Shown here: positions 60,141-64,000 of the stretch, one piece after another
How positions within the stretch are numbered: position 1 is the stretch's first letter
Layout: each line of letters begins with the position of its first letter
Assembly (NCBI GenBank): GCA_963805085.1
Contig: CAWDTA010000005.1
Coordinates: 771,464-835,463 of the forward strand
Length of the DNA: 64,000 nucleotides
Direction: 5' to 3'
Source of the DNA: an uncultured Veillonellaceae bacterium
GTDB lineage: Bacteria > Bacillota > Negativicutes > JARBTT01
The notes under the pieces: model-generated
Seen by the model: only the letters and a program-made list of their open reading frames with translations
The model's database searches: none
Told to the model about the DNA's origin: nothing
Program-made: the position numbers and the translations under genes

Positions 60141-60326
60141 CTAATAAAGCAATTCGTATGCTGAGATTATTAAGTTCTTGGTTAAATCTTTTTTCTCTTG
60201 TTCTCTTTCTGATTTTCTTTCATCTCGTTGATTTAACAGCTCAGCAACTAGTCCGAGGGCGTCTCCAACTATAGTGATTAATATTGCCCAAATATCTATA
60301 TTGTTAATGGTATTAGTGCATTTCAT
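60141..60326 (-). CDS. Small hypothetical protein
   Basis: GAGGGA RBS; hydrophobic helix then charged stretch. Confidence 0.4.
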   Translation of the reverse strand: MKCTNTINNIDIWAILITIVGDALGLVAELLNQRDERKSEREQEKKDLTKNLIISAYELLY

Positions 60327-60661
60327 GCGAATCCCTCAATCTTGATTTATTGATATAAGGTATTCTTAGGTTTAGAAAAGGTTACTGGTTAGTTATAGAT
60401 TGTCAGTATTATTTGTATAATCTCATATCATTAATAAGGTTTATATGTAAACCTTATTAATGATATGTAAATTTGCTTTGTGATGAGATTAATTGAAAAA
60501 CTTGGATGATAATATAAATTCCATAGGTAATTTGTATGATTTTTCTATAGCTGTTGGTAATCATGCAGGACTTTTTAGAGTGGATAGTAAATATATATGC
60601 TATATTGTCAAATACTGTCCTGTAAGGAATTTTAATATATTTTAAAAGAGGAGCTAAAAGC

Positions 60662-60937
60662 ATGGAAGTTAAAAATGTCATGGAAGAATTCGTATTTAAG
60701 CACTTGGACAAAATGATAAACAGTGATGAAAAAATTTGCAAATGTGAAAAATGTCGTATTGATGTTGCTATGTTAGCGTTAAACAATCTAAAACCACATT
60801 ATGTAGCTACTGATAAAGGCAATATTTACACAAACATTGCCTTATATGATAAAAATAATGAGGTAGATATTATGTGTGCCATTGGTAGAGCAATTAAAAC
60901 TGTAGGCGATAATCCTCGACACACCGAGGTTAGGTAA
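60662..60937 (+). CDS. Late competence development ComFB family protein
   Basis: NVMEE.V, CKCEKCRIDVAMLALNNLKPHYV, C-terminal NPRH. Confidence 0.88.
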   Translation: MEVKNVMEEFVFKHLDKMINSDEKICKCEKCRIDVAMLALNNLKPHYVATDKGNIYTNIALYDKNNEVDIMCAIGRAIKTVGDNPRHTEVR

Positions 60938-61042
60938 TCGGATAATTCCCTTGTAATAATTACATATAATAAAGAATAACCGTCAGTTTTGAAGTGAGCC
61001 CCTTTTGTTAGACAAAAAAAGTCTAATGAAAGGGGTATTTTT

Positions 61043-61549
61043 ATGCCAAAGAAAATATATACTACAGAATTAAAGATGAAAATAGTACAACACTATCTAA
61101 AAGGTGATATTGGATTCAATTCACTTTCTAATGAGTATCATGTACATAAAAGTGATATTCAAAAATGGGTAGGAGCTTACAAAGAACATGGTATTGATGG
61201 TCTTTGTACAACTCATAGAACTTATACTGGCGATTTTAAAGTTTCTGTCGTAGAATATATGCATAATACAGGAGCATCAATTCGCCAGACTGCTGCACAT
61301 TTTAATATTCCATCTCATCCATCTATAAGCACATGGGAGCGTATTTATTACGAAAAAGGCAAGGCTGCTCTGTATGAAGAACGCAGAGGAAGGTCAAGTA
61401 AAATGGGAATTAAAAAAGAACGTAAGAACATCGAAAATAATGAAGAGCTTTTATTAGAAGTCCAGAGACTTCGTATGGAGAATGAATACCTAAAAAAATT
61501 GAATGCCTTAATTCAAAAGCGGGAAAAATCGGAGAAGCCGATAAAGTAG
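61043..61549 (+). CDS. IS3 transposase OrfA
   Basis: YTTELKMKIV, two HTH modules, RLRMENEYLKKL. Confidence 0.9.
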   Translation: MPKKIYTTELKMKIVQHYLKGDIGFNSLSNEYHVHKSDIQKWVGAYKEHGIDGLCTTHRTYTGDFKVSVVEYMHNTGASIRQTAAHFNIPSHPSISTWERIYYEKGKAALYEERRGRSSKMGIKKERKNIENNEELLLEVQRLRMENEYLKKLNALIQKREKSEKPIK

Positions 61550-62121
61550 CTGTCATAACCAAATTAAGGCAGAAATATAAACTGACAGCATTATTAGAGC
61601 TAGTTAAGATACCACGCAGCACATACTATTATTATTTGAAAAAATCGAATGAACCTGATAAATATAAAACAATCAAAGATTAAATTATAGCCATTTATCA
61701 TGAAAATCAAGGTAGATATGGATATCGTAGAATTATAATGGAATTAACGAATATAGGCCATAAAATCAATCATAAGACAGTACAACGTTTAATGAACGCA
61801 TTGAAAATTAAATGTATGGTAAGAGTCAAGAAATATCGTTCTTACAAGGGTGAAACAGGGAAAATTGCCCCGAACCTTATTCAGAGAAATTTTAAAGCTG
61901 ATGCACCAAATCAGAAATGGACAACAGATGTAACGGAGTTTTCGTTGTTTGGCACTAAATTATATTTATCGCCGATATTGGATATGTATAATAGTGAAAT
62001 TATAAGTTATAACATTAGCGAAAGACCTATATTAGGGCAAGTGATGGATATGTTAGATAAAGCTTTTGCAAAGATTCCAACTGATACAAATCTTATATTT
62101 CATTCTGATCAAGGATGTCAT
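61492..62121 (+). pseudogene. IS3 transposase OrfB (DDE), with nonsense codon and intron insertion
   Basis: PRSTYYY...KD*II..YGYRRI..NHKTVQRLM..WTTDVTEF..FHSDQGCH; TAA at 61681-61683; broken at 62122. Confidence 0.88.
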
Positions 62122-63546
62122 GTGCGACAAGAAGTCGCATGATATATTGCCGAAAGGCTACCCATCCATTCGGGGCAACCCTATTGTGACTAGCGTGAAT
62201 GGTAACGTTTGGGTTAGAAAGCTCACAAGACAATGTGGAAATCCAAGTAGCCTAAAACTGGGATAACTGCTAGGGTAAGAAAGCTATGGAGAACGTAAAG
62301 TGAATCACTATAGGAATCGTTACGCTGGAGGAAGCGAAATAGGCTGAAAACGCTTCGACCAAAATGGTAAGGAGTCAAGAAAAGGTCAACTGTTAAACCA
62401 ATGCGAATGGATGAAGAACTCCCGGTTTAAAAGTGGCTCCTAAGGCTTTCACAATTATATATCATGCGGAACTTGGTAAACCCTATATGCTCCCTCATGC
62501 AAATGAGGTATCAAACCGCAAGGGGACGAAACAGCATAGCGGGCAGAAGAAAAGGATAAAAAGCGAATGCTACTCTTGTAATGAAAGAAGATAAGGGTTC
62601 AAACTTTGCCCTAACTCGAAAGAGTGCTGACTTATCCTGTGGTATTTCTTGGCAAGAAAGGATGGTAACCCTATGAACTTTAGTAACTCAACGACGGATA
62701 ATACCGAGAGGCTAAAGGACACAAGAAAACTAACCCACCAATGGGAAACTATTGACTGGGTACTAGCCGAAAACTATGTTAATAGGCTACAAATCCGAAT
62801 CGCCAAGGCAACAGTGACAGGTAACAAGAACAAAGCTAAAAGGCTACAATACTTACTAACCCATTCGTTTTATGCCAAAGCCTATGCAGTAAAGAAAGTA
62901 ACATCAAACAAAGGCAAGAGTACTTCTGGTATCGACAAAAAACTCTGGTCAACCGCTGCAGCCAAGATGAAAGCTGTGTTGGCACTCACAGATAAGCATT
63001 ATAGAGCTAAGCCGCTTAGACGAGTGTTCATCGAAAAGAAAGGGAAAAACAAGTTACGCCCACTGGGTATTCCCACCATGTATGACAGAGCTATGCAGAC
63101 ACTATATGCACTAACACTGGAACCAATAGCTGAAATCTCAGCAGACCTAACCTCCTTCGGCTTTCGCAGAGGAAGAAGTGCTAAAGACGCCTGTGAACAA
63201 ATATTTTGTGTATTAGCAAGAAAATGCTCACCAACATGGATATTAGAAGGCGATATCAAAGGTTGTTTTGACAATATCAATCATGAGTGGCTTCAAGAAA
63301 ATATACCAATGGACAAAAGAATAATGAAGCAATTCTTAAAATCAGGATTTGTATATAAGGGCAATCTATTTCCTACCAGCAACGGTTCTCCACAAGGAGG
63401 AGCCATTTCAAGTCTATATGCAAATATGACACTCGATGGAATTGAAAAACTAATCCAAGATAAATACCACCGAAATTCCAAAGGCAAAATAGAAAATCAC
63501 TATCGAGCTAAAACTAAAGTAAACATCGTAAGATATGCGGATGACT
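62122..63546 (+). mobile_element. Group II intron 1 (chloroplast-like/IIB type), 5' part
   Basis: GTGCG 5' end exactly where orfB homology stops; ~550-nt structured leader then RT ORF. Confidence 0.9.
62673..63546 (+). CDS. Group II intron reverse transcriptase/maturase, interrupted after YADD
   Basis: WETIDW..RLQIRIAKA, RPLGIPTMYDRAMQ, SFGFR.GRS, EGDIKGCFDNI, GSPQGG.IS, VRYADD; homology ends at 63546. Confidence 0.92.
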
Positions 63547-64000
63547 GTGCGCCACGAAGGAGTGTCCAAGTAGCGTAGCTACTTGAAGGCAGCCATGCTG
63601 TACAGATGATGGTGGTAGGTCCACCGAAATCGCCATACAGGTGGAGGTTTCAAACTACCTTAAGGTGCTGTGGTCAAAAGCCATGGTATTGAGCGTTAAG
63701 GAAAAGGCAGTGATAAAACTGTCAAGTACGTATTAAGGAGATGAATGAACAAGTGAACCACTTACGGAAATGTCGATAGCGTAGAGATTCCATCAAAACC
63801 AGGGGGTAGTCGTTAATCTGGGATAAGTCTAGGGGAAACCTGTTTACTGCCTAGACGGTGGGCGGCATAAAGGTGGCATGAACTTAATACAGGCGTCTGT
63901 ACGGAACGTGGGAACCCACGGGCTGATGTTAAGGGAGTATATCAAGCGGAAGAACCGCAAGATAAGAGTACCAATGCAGTCATGGGGGCAGATTGGGTTG
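63547..64000 (+). mobile_element. Group II intron 2 (class D-like domain I), nested in intron 1, continues beyond window
   Basis: GTGCG 5' end after TAT GCG GAT GAC T; EBS1 AGTCGT (63808-63813) pairs with ATGACT; EBS2 GCGTA (63779-63783) pairs with TATGC; GGAACGTGGGAACC motif. Confidence 0.88.

Larger units (their letters stand above)
60990..62121 (+). mobile_element. IS3-family (IS150-like) insertion sequence, left part, interrupted
   Basis: Left end TGAAGTGAGCCCCTTTTGTTAGACA; orfA HTH; A7 slippery site 61492-61498; orfB with WTTDVTEF and HSDQG. Confidence 0.9.

Noticed and set aside
62357-62376. EBS1 of intron 1 (ATGGTA pairing with TGTCAT)
   Set aside because: Plausible but needs two G-U pairs and a weak stem; cannot be confirmed without folding
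3067-63487. Many short antisense or overlapping ORFs in the track (e.g. 8166-8726, 6171-6500, 35243-35599, 50351-50689, 62066-62266)
   Set aside because: Shadow frames of well-supported genes or intron RNA; no RBS or motifs
62649-63578. Stand-alone 309-aa RT (retron or defence RT) ending CAPRRSVQVA
   Set aside because: The C-terminal residues come from read-in to nested intron 2; motifs are those of a group II intron maturase

Overview
Low-GC Bacillota chromosome segment, probably a spore-forming Negativicute (inferred from gene content). 1-23.5 kb is housekeeping: the end of the dcw cluster (murG-murC-murA-ddl-divIB-DUF881-sbp-ftsA-ftsZ), an ABC binding protein, rimO, cinA, a DEAD-box helicase, recA (SOS box), recX, rny, ymdB, spoVS, pepA, a PHP hydrolase and a P-loop/Asp23 protein. 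About 23.6-58.2 kb is a phage-tail-only element: ImmA/ImmR-type switch, ArpU/RinA-like activator, siphovirus tail tube, frameshifted chaperone, tape measure with NlpC/P60 domain, BR0599/gpJ-type tail tip, holin and amidase. I recognise no capsid, portal, terminase, integrase, replication or sheath gene, so it is a candidate non-contractile (F-type, monocin-like) tailocin. It has two tail-fibre cassettes sharing an N-terminal anchor, each transcribed from a copy of the same putative late promoter. It also has an internal array of self-promoted cassettes (exported paralogs, FliB) whose RBSs would be sequestered in read-through RNA, a Prp-like cleavage motif on the tail tube, and an amber stop in immA. 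The window ends in a nested element: an IS3-family IS interrupted by a group II intron, whose RT gene is interrupted just after YADD by a second group II intron with EBS sequences complementary to the YADD codons. All calls are by eye; no database search was run.
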